In this document: piece by piece, positions 1 to 10,252 of the stretch | Layout: every line of letters starts with the position of its first letter | Numbering within the stretch: position 1 is the stretch's first letter | Assembly: GCA_025558095.1 (NCBI GenBank) | Contig: JAIVFI010000014.1 | Location: 62,001 to 126,000 of the forward strand | Source of the DNA: Hyaloraphidium curvatum SAG 235-1 | Taxonomy: Eukaryota; Fungi; Monoblepharomycota | Reading direction: 5' to 3' | DNA: 64,000 nucleotides | The notes under the pieces: model-generated | The model's input: only the letters and a program-made list of their open reading frames with translations | What the model was told of the DNA's origin: nothing | The model's database searches: none | Position numbers and translations under genes: made by a program

Positions 1-403
1 CCGCGCGGCGCTCGCGTGCCACGCGGACCGGCTGCGTTCGTTTTCCTCGGGGGGGGACCCCGCCAGGTTCCTCGGGTTCGAGGCGAGCTTCGGCACCGTG
101 AGGGCGTTCCTGGTCACCTCGCTGACCGTCGGGTTTGCCGTGTTCGGGCTGCTGAGGGGTTTGGGAGTCAGCGTTGTGCTGGCCAGCCATTGCGGGGCGT
201 GAAGTTGGGAGGCCGGCTGTGGATTGGCTTCATTATGGCATCTTGCGATGAGAGGTCTTCGAGTGCAGACCTGCAGTGAGTTGCGTTCGACGAACCGACC
301 CCCGCCCGAATGGATGGTGCGATTTGCCGCCGTGACGCATTCCTACCCGCCTGGCCCGCCCTGGTGGCCCACAAGTCTCCCAAACCCTCCCTGGACCTCC
401 GCC

Positions 404-1664
404 ATGTCCGTCTCCCCCGCCTCGCAGCCTCTCCGCAAGGACGACCGGCTCATTCCGAAGACGGAAGCGTCGACGCCAGCCGGCAAGCGCAACTGGCGCG
501 CGCCGCGCCACCTCCTCGTCCGCCCGACCGTGCTCCCGCCGTGCCTCGCCGACGCCGGCGCCACCGCGACCGACGTGGACAGAATCATCGGCACCGAAAT
601 CTCCGGCATCTCGCTCGCCTCCCTGACGGACGAGCAGGTCCGGGAGGTCGAGAGGCTCGCCGCGGAAAGGGGCGTGCTCTTCTTCAGGGACCAGCGGATG
701 ACGCTCAAGGACCAGGTCGAGCTCGGGAAGCGCTTCGGGACGGGCGAGCTGCACGTGCACCCCAACGCCGTCGGACCGAAGGGGTTCCCGGAGGTCCTGC
801 CCGTCCGCGGGGACCGTTTCGCCAACCGCGTTCCCGGCGAGGCTTGGCACACCGGTACGTGGGCCGCTTGCGATGTCTGCTTGACTTCCGAGCTAATTGC
901 CATTCTTTCTTTTTCTGCTCCCCTTGATCCGTGGGTCCGACACGCCTCGTTCTCCTGGTCGCCGTGTCAGACGTCAGCTGCGACCGCCGCCCCCCGGCCC
1001 TCTCGATCCTCCGCATCGAGCAGGCCCCCCCCATCGGCGGCGACACCATGTGGTGTTCCATGACTGCCCTCTACAAGAAGCTCCCGCGGCAGCTGCGCGC
1101 CAAGCTCGAGGGCCTGACCGCCGTGCACGACTCGCGGACGGCGGGGCACCAGTCCAAGGTCGCCGTGGACGTCAACGGCAAGGAGCCCGGTTTCCCGCGC
1201 CACGTGCACCCGGTGATCAGGAACCATCCCATCACGGGGGAGAGGGCGCTGTACGTCAACTCGGGGTTCACGATGCAGATCCTCGGCGTCCCGGAGGAGG
1301 AGAGCAAGGAGCTGCTGAGGAAGCTGTTCGACATGGTGGCGTACTCGGCAGAATGCCAGGTCCGCTTCAAGTGGACCGACCACTCCGTCGCCATCTGGGT
1401 TTGTTGTCGCAACTCGTTGGACCGCGATCTCGTTGCTCATTCCGCTCCTTTCCTTCCCAGGACAACCGGGTCGTCCAGCACATGGCGACGTGGACGTACT
1501 ACCCCTACACGCGCAACGGCTACCGGGTCACCACGCTGGGCGAGGAGCCGTTCTTCGACCCGTCGCGCGGCCAGCTCGGGAGCACGGAGGGTCTGGAATC
1601 CGAACTGGACGCGCTGGCCGAGGCGGAGGATAAGAGGTGGAAGCAGGCAGAGGCAAAGCTGTGA
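404..1664 (+). CDS. TauD/TfdA family Fe(II)/2-oxoglutarate dioxygenase, copy 1 (3 exons: ~404-854, 971-1398, 1461-1664)
   Basis: Splicing at GT-AG sites yields IGTEISGI..ERGVLFFRDQ, the WHTD (HxD) motif, GGDTMW, HPVIRNHPITGERALYVN and WDNRVVQH..R, all typical of the TauD family. Confidence 0.92.
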
Positions 1665-1863
1665 TTTGGCAACAGAAATCAAGTGTCTTGTTTGTTGTAA
1701 GAGATGATGGTGCTTGACAGTCTCGTGGGCGCGGACAACCTGAAGCGTTTGCTCGGACGGGGTTCGGACTCGAGCGATCGGTGACGTGTCACTAATCCAA
1801 ATCCCCGACTTCGGTCAACGACTCGACTCGTCTCGAGCGCCACTTTCGCGCCCTCTTTGCTAC

Positions 1864-2505
1864 ATGCAGTCCCCTCCGGAGAAACCCCGCGTGCGCGGCC
1901 CCATCCCCGCCAACACGCGGGTCGGGGCCGGGCGGAAGGAGGCCAATGTCGCGTTCAAGCTGGAGGTCCTCGCCGGAGCGGAGACGTCCCCCAGGCACCT
2001 CGAGGCCATGTTCGCGGTCTGCAGCGTCTGCAGCCTTGAAGAATTTCCGGGCAGCGAGCTCCACGCGGCGATAGACGATGCGTGCTGGGCTTGGGCCGAA
2101 AAGCAGCTCATCGCGCTCGGCCTGCGGTGCTTCGGATGCGGGGCCAGATTCCGGCCGGAAGTCGGGAACGTGGGACCCAGCTTCAGTTGGGTCCAGATCG
2201 GGAACGAGCCGGGTGTCGCGCTCGCGCTGTGCTCCATGTTGGCGATCGCGTGCGACGAACCGCTGGGTGCTTGCTTCGAAGCGGGCCGTCGCCACCTAAA
2301 CAAGCTGCACAAGGAGATTCCCATGGATCAGCCTTGCGTCTGCAAGAACCCAAAGTGCCGTGCGCGGGGGGGCAAGTGGGATGTCAAGCGCTGTTCGGGA
2401 TGCAAGATCGCGGAGTACTGTTCGCGCGAGTGCCAGAGGATCCACTGGCCCGCGCATCGCAGTTTGTGCCGGCGGGACGAGGGCACGGCAGAGGCGGCGT
2501 CGTAA
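1864..2505 (+). CDS. MYND-type zinc finger protein (type B, copy 1)
   Basis: C-terminal [34 protein letters not shown] is a canonical MYND finger. Full-length paralog of 26903-27540. Confidence 0.85.
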   Translation: MQSPPEKPRVRGPIPANTRVGAGRKEANVAFKLEVLAGAETSPRHLEAMFAVCSVCSLEEFPGSELHAAIDDACWAWAEKQLIALGLRCFGCGARFRPEVGNVGPSFSWVQIGNEPGVALALCSMLAIACDEPLGACFEAGRRHLNKLHKEIPMDQPCVCKNPKCRARGGKWDVKRCSGCKIAEYCSRECQRIHWPAHRSLCRRDEGTAEAAS

Positions 2506-2661
2506 TTGTCCCGGAGGAAAGAGCTTTGTCATTTCTGATTCAATCAATTCGAATGAACGACACTCGAAGCAACAGAACTCCATGCTCCCAAGGCACCCGC
2601 GACTCGTGAGACATCCGCCCTCATCCAACCCTTGCCCGCAGATCACATCGACCCTGCCGCC

Positions 2662-4179
2662 TTACTCCATCCCGAAAAGGCACACCCCGATCCCCCTTTC
2701 GTCCACTTCCGTGCCCCCCATCACCGTCCGCCTGAACGCGCACCTCCTCGAATGATCCCTGTCCTCCAGGATCCCTTTCCCGTCCATCCCCTCCGCCGTC
2801 CCCTTGCCGCCGTCCTTCGGCAGGGCGAACCTCCCGGCGTGCAGCTCGCAGAACGCCGCGGTGCCGCATCCGCCGGGGCACATGAACAAAGGCGCCCAGC
2901 CGGGGTCGTAGTAGCACCCCGATTGCGCACACGAGAGGAGGGGGTGGAACTCGCTGGGAACGGAGTAGGCGACGGTCGCGGGCGGTGCCTGGGAGCCGTG
3001 CCGCGCGCGCCACATGGAGGCGACGTCGCGGTACGGGTGCCGCGCGAGGGGATCCGAGGGGTGCGGGTCGGTGCCGAAGGCCGCGCAGGCGTCGAGGAAA
3101 CCGGCGTCGGCGCGGTGCAGGGCGCCGTTGGGCATGCCGGCGTCGAGCACGGCGGCGCGGCGGACGAGGGCGAGGTTGGCAGGGGTGCGGAGGGAGGGGT
3201 GCGGGGCGAGGTCGAGGAGGGCGAGGGCGAGGAGGGAGCAGGCTTCCTTGGCGGGGGCGTAGCGGAGGTGCGTGGATCCGTGGGGCGCGTGGTCCTGGCC
3301 CTGGACGCCAGCGATCTCGAGCATGCTCCGCAGCAGCCTCAGCATCGCGTGCCCCGCTTCCTCGGTCATGTCGGCGTCGCAGGCCCGCACGACGATCTCG
3401 AGCAGCGCAGAGACGAGGATCTCGAGCCCCGCGCAGTCACAGGCCCCCAACACGGCCCCGGGCGCCTCCGCGGCCTGGTCCAACAGGTTGATGATGCCCG
3501 GCACGGCCTCGGGCCCGCACCAGACCAGGAAACCCCGGTAGACCCCGGCCAGCGCGTCGTCAAACAGCTTTTTCGCCTCGAACCTGCTCATCCTCGCGGC
3601 GAAGCGAGCGGCGGCCTCGGCGTGGAACCTTCCGCAGCCCAGCTTGACGAGCTGCACGGCGGCGTGCATGCCGGCTGCGTAGGCATCGGTGGCGTCGGGA
3701 TCGAGGGCGGGGATCGCGGGGTCGGTGGCCAGCAGCGCGAGGTGCGGGGCGTCGTGGAGGTCGAACTTCGCGCCGTTTGCGCGGTCCATTGCGGCGTCGG
3801 CGGCCGAAGTCCAGCCGGCGGCAAAGAGCGGGCCAAACTTCTCCCGGTACTTTGCGGCGACCGGCGCCACGGCCTTCTTGGCGTAGTCCGAGCGACGTTT
3901 GTCCTCCGCAGTCTTCGCCCGCTCCTCGTCCGCCGCCCACGCGCCGCACCGGTGCAGCTCCGCCGCGGCGCGCGCAAAAAGCTCCTTCTTCGATCCCGTT
4001 TTGTTGACACCGAGCGACGCGCAGAGCTCCTTCAGCGCGGGGAGCTTGAACTTGGCCAACTCCGCGGGGGACGGGCGGGCGTTGGGCGGGGCTGCGGACG
4101 CGCCGCCGCTCGCTTTGCTGGCCGAAGGAGCGGCGGAGCGCGCAGGTGGCACGTTTTCGACATCGCTCGCGGGAGGCAT
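2662..4179 (-). CDS. SAP-domain protein with a degenerate C-terminal MYND-like Cys/His cluster
   Basis: LAKFKLPALKELCASLGVNKTGSKKELFAR matches the SAP motif. C-terminus has CAQSGC..CPGGC..FCELH..HSRRC. 505-aa intronless ORF. Confidence 0.7.
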   Translation of the reverse strand: MPPASDVENVPPARSAAPSASKASGGASAAPPNARPSPAELAKFKLPALKELCASLGVNKTGSKKELFARAAAELHRCGAWAADEERAKTAEDKRRSDYAKKAVAPVAAKYREKFGPLFAAGWTSAADAAMDRANGAKFDLHDAPHLALLATDPAIPALDPDATDAYAAGMHAAVQLVKLGCGRFHAEAAARFAARMSRFEAKKLFDDALAGVYRGFLVWCGPEAVPGIINLLDQAAEAPGAVLGACDCAGLEILVSALLEIVVRACDADMTEEAGHAMLRLLRSMLEIAGVQGQDHAPHGSTHLRYAPAKEACSLLALALLDLAPHPSLRTPANLALVRRAAVLDAGMPNGALHRADAGFLDACAAFGTDPHPSDPLARHPYRDVASMWRARHGSQAPPATVAYSVPSEFHPLLSCAQSGCYYDPGWAPLFMCPGGCGTAAFCELHAGRFALPKDGGKGTAEGMDGKGILEDRDHSRRCAFRRTVMGGTEVDERGIGVCLFGME

Positions 4180-4418
4180 GGAGGCGGAGAGGTGCTGGGA
4201 CGGTGCGAGAGGTTCGGGAATTCGAGACCGAGTCGTGGGAAGTCCAACGGCCGGTTCAAATACTCACAGTCTTCTTCGCTCGGGGAGGCAACTCAACTGG
4301 AAATGAACTTTGCAACGACTGCGAATGTACACTTTTGACCAACGACTCCGACCTCTGCATCAGATGGCTCCTCTACGGCCAGCATTTTTCGACCACCAAC
4401 CTCCACCCATCCCCCGCC

Positions 4419-5604
4419 TCAGATCTTTGCCCTCGCGGCCTTCCACTTCCTGTCCTCCTCCATGGCCAGCGCGTCTAGCTGCGCCTCCAGCGCCTCGGTG
4501 CTCCCCAGCTTGCCCTTCGAGGGATCGAAGAAGGGCTCCTCGCCGAGCGTGGTGACGCGGTACCCGGACCGGGTGTAGGGGAAGTAGGTCCACAGCGCCG
4601 TGTGCTGCGTCACGCGGTTGTCCTGCCACGGGGCGGGCCGTCAGCTTCCAGAGCCGATGTAAATGACAGTGAGGACAACTCACCCAAATGGCGACGCAGT
4701 CGTCGCTCCACTTCCAGCGCACGTGCGCCTCGTTCGAGTAGGCGATCAGGTCAAACAGCTCCTTAAGCAGCTTCGCGCTCTCCTCCTCCGGCACCCCCTC
4801 AATCCGCGAGGTGAACCCCGAGTTGACGTACAGCGCCCGCTCCCCCGTGATGGGGTGCGTCCTGATCACCGGGTGCACGTGCCGCGGGAGCTCGGGCTCC
4901 TTGCCGTTGACGTCCGTCTCCTTGGCCCTGTGGCCCGCCGTGCGGGAGTCGTGCACCGCCGTGAGGCCCTCGAGTCGGGCGCGCGTTTGGCGGGGGAGCT
5001 TCTTGTACAGCGCAGTCATCGAGGCCCACATGGTGTCGCCCCCGACGCGGGGCGCCTGCTCGATACGGAGAATGGAGAGGGCGGGTGGGCGGCGGTCGCA
5101 GCTGACGTCTGGATTTGGGCGGAAGAGTCAGCAAGGCAGCAAAGGCCCATTCGAGGGAGGCCCACCGGTGTGCCACACCTCGCCCGCGACGACGTTCGAG
5201 TTGCGGTCGCCGTACACGGGGAGCACTTCCGGGAACCCCTTGGGCCCCGCGGCGTTGGGGTGCACGTGAAGCTCACCCGTGCCGAACCGCTTCCCCAGCT
5301 CGACGTGCTCCTTCAGGGTCATCTTCTGGTTCCTGAAGAACAGCACGCCCCTCTGGGCGACCAGCGCCTCCACGGCGCGCACCTGCTCGTCGGTCAGGGC
5401 CGCCAGAGCGATGCCGGAGATCTCGGTGCCGATCACGCGGTCCACGTCCGCTGCGGTGGCGCCCGCGTCGGCGAGGCACGGCGGGAGCACCGTCGGCAGC
5501 GCGAGGACGTGCCGCGGGGCGCGCCAGTTGCGCTTGCCGGCCGGCGTGGCGGCCTCGGCCTTGGGGAGGATGCGCTGCTGCAGGCTCTGGACGGTGGCGG
5601 TCAT
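4419..5604 (-). CDS. TauD/TfdA family dioxygenase, copy 2 (3 exons: ~5604-5166, 5108-4684, 4622-4419)
   Basis: Highly similar to copy 1, with the same intron positions and the WHTD, GGDTMW and WDNRVTQH motifs. Confidence 0.92.
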
Positions 5605-5811
5605 GGCGGCGAGGTGGGAGGAGGCGGAAAGTTGGAAGGGAGACTCCGCGATGCCGCCGACCAGGCGTCATCTCCAGCCCCGACGCGTCGGCACAGCCTC
5701 CCTCCTCAACTCCCGCGTCAAGCCCCGACTCCGACATCTGAGCACAGCCGCGACGACAGGAGTGGCGTGGAAGCCGGTAGAATGCATCTGCATTCAAAGC
5801 CTCGTCCTTTG

Positions 5812-5912
5812 GCCGCGCAGCGCTTGAAGCTTTCCCTGTCCCCGCGAGCACCGCAGCTGAGGCTCTTGCAGACGCAAGGCGGAGATGGATGTCGAGCTCC
5901 TCTTCCAGCCTG
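5812..5912 (-). pseudogene. Fragment of a type-B MYND gene (3' part only, 1-nt deletion)
   Basis: Minus strand reads RLEEELDIHL / PCVCKSLSCGARGDRESFKRCA across a frameshift, versus KLEKDIDLHLQPCICKNPRCGVRGDRESFKRCA at ~27340-27435. Confidence 0.8.
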
Positions 5913-5959
5913 TTGATGTTGAAGCTGAGGGTCGCATCGGAGGGTCCGCGACGAGCCCG

Positions 5960-6185
5960 TTCCTCTGGAAGGCGTGCCGCAACGAGAAATGCCGGAGGCC
6001 GTCGCAGACGTTCAAGACCGATCCAGAGGTGCTCAAAGTGCAAGGCACGTGGGGTGCCGCCGCGTTGGGTTCGATCGGCCGAGTCACAGGCGTCCCCCAC
6101 CAGGTCGCGACCTACTGCTCGAAATACTGCCAAAAGGAGGACTGGTCGATGCGCAAGAACTAGTGCTCACCTCCGATCCCGAAAT
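5960..6185 (+). pseudogene. Fragment of a type-A MYND gene (3' part, frameshift and premature stop)
   Basis: Reads WKACRNEKC..QRCSKCK [intron remnant] VATYCSKYCQKEDWSMRKN*CSPPIPK, versus WRPCLYENC..QRCSRCK|VAIYCSKECQKGDWLRHKDHCAPPLPK of the gene at 26077-26771. Confidence 0.8.
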
Positions 6186-6256
6186 CGAAGCCGAAATGAG
6201 CCAGTTCGGCCAGCGTTGGACCATAAACAAAGTCGTGTCGAGAATGAGACCACCGT

Positions 6257-7426
6257 TCATTGGTGAATCATCAGCGTCCTCCTCACGATCACCTTCCTCC
6301 TCCTCCCCCCCTTCCCCGCCTTCTCCTGCTCCTCCCCGATCCTCTCTGCCAGCTCCTGCATCCACTGCCCGTCCGCCAGCACTGGCCAGAACGCCTTCTC
6401 CTTGCCGCGGTCCGCGAGGTACCTCCTCCCATGGTTGGCCATCATCCTCATCGGCGGGTTATCGCTCCCCACCGGCGCGCCGCGGCGGAGGCCCTGCCTC
6501 AACAGGTACGGCACGCGGACCAGCGCGGCGCCGAGGTCGATCTCGTACAGCTTGAACTGCGCCCAGATGGGCCGCGCGGGGCCCTCGCCGACCACGTCCG
6601 GGCCAGGTTCGAACTTCCACCCGCGGGCGGCGGTGACCACGTAGCGCGAGACGAAATCGAACCCGATCAGGTCGGCCGGCCCTTCCTCGCCGCCGTCCAT
6701 CCAGGGGAGCAGCTTCTCCGCGAACGCGGTCGAGTACAGGTTGTCCCCGTTGGTCGTGAGCAGCCAGTCGCAGCCGTAGGGGTTGCGGTCGTTCCCGGGG
6801 CCGAACAGCCGGTCCAGCGCGGCGTCGGTGTAGCCGTACCCGAGGTCCCAGCAGTTGCCGTCCCTGCACTCGACCTTCTTCAGCACGTCGTCCAGCGCGC
6901 GGTGCATGCCGTCCCACACGTCGGCCTCGCCGATGTCGAGCACGCGGACGAGGTCGGGGCAGCCCAGCACGCCGTCGGCGTAGTTCCTGACGGCGGCCTC
7001 GAACGCAGCGCGGTCCGTGTTCGGGTCGGTGACCACGAAAAAGAGGCGGAAGGGCACGGCGCCGTGCGCCATCGACGAGATGAAGGTCGGCATGAACTGC
7101 AATTGGGCCTGGAAGGTGCGCACCACCGCGCAGACGCGGTTCCCCGGCGGGGGGTTCCCCGCCGCAGAGTCCGGCCACGTCCAGTTGCGGCACGCCGGCG
7201 CCCAGTCCCCGGCCCGCGGCGCCCCATTGATCCCAATTGAATTCTGTTGGGAGGAGCGGGCCGCGGCGTCGGGCGCGCCCAGCCCTTCAAGCCCTCCGTT
7301 CGCGTCCCCAACCGCTGCGTTTCCCGCCGGCGCCGCGCACACCGGACACGCGGGCGGCTGCCGCGCCAGCGAGTACACAGCTACCATGGCGGACGCCAGG
7401 ATGCCGCTGAGCATGCCCCACCGCAT
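6257..7426 (-). CDS. Type II membrane glycosyltransferase-like protein (GT-A fold)
   Basis: N-terminal signal anchor (MLSGILASAMVAVY), stem region, then CAVVRT, WLLTTNGDNLY (DxD-equivalent), IDLGAAL, ADG and a terminal LMIHQ. Confidence 0.6.
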   Translation of the reverse strand: MRWGMLSGILASAMVAVYSLARQPPACPVCAAPAGNAAVGDANGGLEGLGAPDAAARSSQQNSIGINGAPRAGDWAPACRNWTWPDSAAGNPPPGNRVCAVVRTFQAQLQFMPTFISSMAHGAVPFRLFFVVTDPNTDRAAFEAAVRNYADGVLGCPDLVRVLDIGEADVWDGMHRALDDVLKKVECRDGNCWDLGYGYTDAALDRLFGPGNDRNPYGCDWLLTTNGDNLYSTAFAEKLLPWMDGGEEGPADLIGFDFVSRYVVTAARGWKFEPGPDVVGEGPARPIWAQFKLYEIDLGAALVRVPYLLRQGLRRGAPVGSDNPPMRMMANHGRRYLADRGKEKAFWPVLADGQWMQELAERIGEEQEKAGKGGRRRKVIVRRTLMIHQ

Positions 7427-7668
7427 CGCGGCGGAGAAGGGGGTGGGTCCGCCCGTCCCTCGTCGTTCGGCGGATCCCTCGGACAACGCGTGGGTTCGAT
7501 GGCGTCGAAAACATTGCTCGCTCGAACGCCGCAACCAGATCAGCGGGATCATCCGAATCTAATCTACTGCAAAGAAACCAGCTCAAGGTCCCGTCGCTCG
7601 CTCGATACCATCGTCACTTCTCGTCGATCCTATCGTACCCGATCTCGCAAGCCCCCACGGCCCCGCCA

Positions 7669-8983
7669 TCACCCCCTCCTCGAGCTCCTCCTCAGGCTCC
7701 TCACCGCCCCCCCGCCCTCATACTGCTCGCCCTCGCCCTCCCCTCCCTCCCCCTGCCCCGCCGATGGCGCCGTCTTTCCCCCCTCCGCCTCCTCCCCGTC
7801 CACCTCCCCCAGCGGCACGATCTCCACCTTGCCGAGCCCCGTGACCAGCAGCCCCTCTTTCTTCTGCGCGCCGCCCCGCCTGCGTCCCCTTCCCCTGCCT
7901 CTTCCGCTGCCCCTCTGCGAGGCGGGGCTTCCTTCCCCGCCCTCGCTGGCCTCGGTCCCCTCCTCCTCCTCCGCCTCCCGCTTCCTCGCCGGCTTCCCGC
8001 GCTTCCTGGCCGGAAGCGGCGGGCCGACGCAGTCCACGCCCTTGCGCACGCACCGCGTGCATTCGGGGTCGGCCGGGGAGCGGTCGCATTCCCCGCCGAT
8101 GCGGGCGCAGCGTTCGCACGCCAGCGTCGCCTTGCCGGCGTCCTTGGCGGGCGCCGCGGGGATCGCGACCTTGGTCGTCGAGGTGTCGGGCGAGGGGGAG
8201 GCGGAGGCGCCGGGGCGGATGGCGGGGGAGGCGATGCTGATCGGCGGCATGGGGGAGGCGGTGGGGGCGGAGGAGGGGTGGTGCGGGCCGGTGCGGAGCG
8301 GGGCGAGCTTGGGGGTCTGCGAAGGCTTGGGGGCGGGGGCGGGGAGGGGCACGTAGGGGTGGGGGAAGGGGAGGGCGGGGTTGTTGTACGGGCCAGAGGC
8401 TGGAATGGGGCGGCGAGTCAGATCTGGCTGCGGGCGGCCGTCGACTGCAGCCCACGCTTGGTGGTCCAGGCGAGAAAGTCGATCTGCACTGGCGCGCCGG
8501 GCATGAACGACGCGAGGTCGACCCTGTGCGCCGTGGTGATGGCCATCTGCGGACGGTGCGAAAACGCGTCACCAGACGCCCCCTCACCCCAACCGGCACA
8601 CCATTTACCCCGGCGGTCAGCTGCACCCACGCCTCGCCCCACTTTTTCCCCGCCACCAGTGTCCGTCCCCACACCTTTCCCGCCCCCTCCCACGCTTCCA
8701 CCGCGACGTCGAACGCCCCGTTCCACACCGACACCCTCAGCCGCACGGTGAGCCCGCCGAACGACGCGGGCCGCGAGAGGAACGAGCTGCCGTGCGGGGC
8801 AAAAGGCGGGAGGAACAGCTGCGCGTGCAGCGGCGCGGGCACCGGCGGGGGGACGGGAGCGGGCGGGAAGCCGAATGGCGCGCCGGGGAAGGGCGGCGGC
8901 ATGAAGGAGTAATCGGGCGCGGTGCCGGCGAGGACCTCGGCGAGGGACGGCAGGCGCGGCGGGGGGGCGGCGGGCGGCTCCAT
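7669..8983 (-). CDS. Pro-rich protein with a Zn(II)2Cys6 cluster in its C-terminal half (3 exons; introns ~8608-8548 and ~8455-8400)
   Basis: ACERCARIGGECDRSPADPECTRCVRKGVDC followed by a basic NLS-like tract. Two GT-AG introns join three ORF segments in frame. Confidence 0.75.
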
Positions 8984-9268
8984 TGCTGTGCGGTGTGAAC
9001 GGTGAGGTGGCCTTCGGGCGGCCGCCGACAAAGATGCTCGGCTTTGTCGGTAGCCCAAACCTGCGCGCATCCACGACGCATAGCATCCATTTCACTTGAT
9101 TCGCACCGGTTTTGTTCGTTCAAATCCGTAGTTGAATCCAACTCAGGGAATCTTCACCTTTGGCTGCGGCAGGGACCCGTCGGGGACCGTGGTCACCACC
9201 AGAAGAGTTAGAAGGCCCCACGTCGCGCGGTCCGCATCGTGGCTGGCCGGAAGCGTGCTGCCTCGGAA

Positions 9269-10162
9269 ATGGCTGCACCTGCTGAGCAGGACGAGCGGAC
9301 TCCGCTCGGCGGGCAGGCGGCCGAACCGGAGCAAAGGGAGACACCGCGCCGCAAGACAGCGTTCATTTCCGGCGCCGCGGGAGGGCTGGGACGCGCCACC
9401 GCCGAGCTGCTCGCGGCGAAAGGCTGGCGGGTGATCGCCGCGGACCGCGACGAGGCGGCGCTGTCCCGGCTGCGCGAACGCGTCGACGTCGACACTCTCG
9501 TCCTGGACGTCGCGGACCCGGCCAGCGTCCAGGCCGCCGCGGAGAAGCTCCGCGCTCTCTCCCCCGGCCTGGACGGCATCGTCAACTTTGCCGGCATCCT
9601 GGCCGTCGGCTCCGTGATCGAGCTGCCCGAGGAAACCCTGCGGCGCATCTTCGAGGTCAACGTGTTCGGGACGTACCGCGTTAACCGGGCGCTGTTCCCG
9701 CTCCTGCTCGAGCGCAAGGGCAGGATCGTCAACATCAGCTCCGAGACGGGGTGGCAGAGCGGGATGCCGTTCAACGGCGCGTACGCAATGACTAAGCACG
9801 CCGTCGAGGCCTACTCGGACTCGCTGCGGAGGGAGCTGCGGATCCTCGGCGTCAGGGTGGTCAAGATCCAGCCCGGTCCGTTCAGGACCGACATGACCGC
9901 GACCATAGGGCCGAATTTCGAGCGGGCTGCCGCGGAATCGCATTACTTCGGTTGCGTGCTGCGCCGCATGCTCCCCCGCGCGGTCGCCGCGGGCGGCAAC
10001 GGCAGCGACCCGCGGATCCTGGCCGAGGCCGTGCTCGAGGCGCTCACGGCGGAGAGCCCGGCGGCGGCCTACTCGGTGCGGCCGGCGTGGGACCGGACGG
10101 TGCTGGACTGGCTGCCCACGCGGCTCGCGGACCACATCCTGCACGAGGTGCTCAAGCTCTGA
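9269..10162 (+). CDS. Classical short-chain dehydrogenase/reductase (17-beta-HSD/RDH-like)
   Basis: SGAAGGLG nucleotide-binding motif, NFAG, catalytic YAMTK (YxxxK) and PGPFRT. Intronless. Confidence 0.92.
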   Translation: MAAPAEQDERTPLGGQAAEPEQRETPRRKTAFISGAAGGLGRATAELLAAKGWRVIAADRDEAALSRLRERVDVDTLVLDVADPASVQAAAEKLRALSPGLDGIVNFAGILAVGSVIELPEETLRRIFEVNVFGTYRVNRALFPLLLERKGRIVNISSETGWQSGMPFNGAYAMTKHAVEAYSDSLRRELRILGVRVVKIQPGPFRTDMTATIGPNFERAAAESHYFGCVLRRMLPRAVAAGGNGSDPRILAEAVLEALTAESPAAAYSVRPAWDRTVLDWLPTRLADHILHEVLKL

Positions 10163-10252
10163 GTGCCCGCCGAGCACGGCTCATCGAGTAATGCGTAAGA
10201 TCTATTCGCCCACACCGCGACCGCGCCCCCACCTGTCCGGTCCTCCGTGCCT

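Noticed and set aside
2632-4338. Long antisense or alternative-frame ORFs (e.g. 2632-4338 +, 4663-5916 +, 20134-21726 +, 32812-34368 +, 51558-53090 +, 61166-62722 -)
   Set aside because: They are shadow ORFs of real genes on the other strand or frame. Stop codons are rare at this GC content, and the translations are Arg/Gly/Pro-rich with no motifs.
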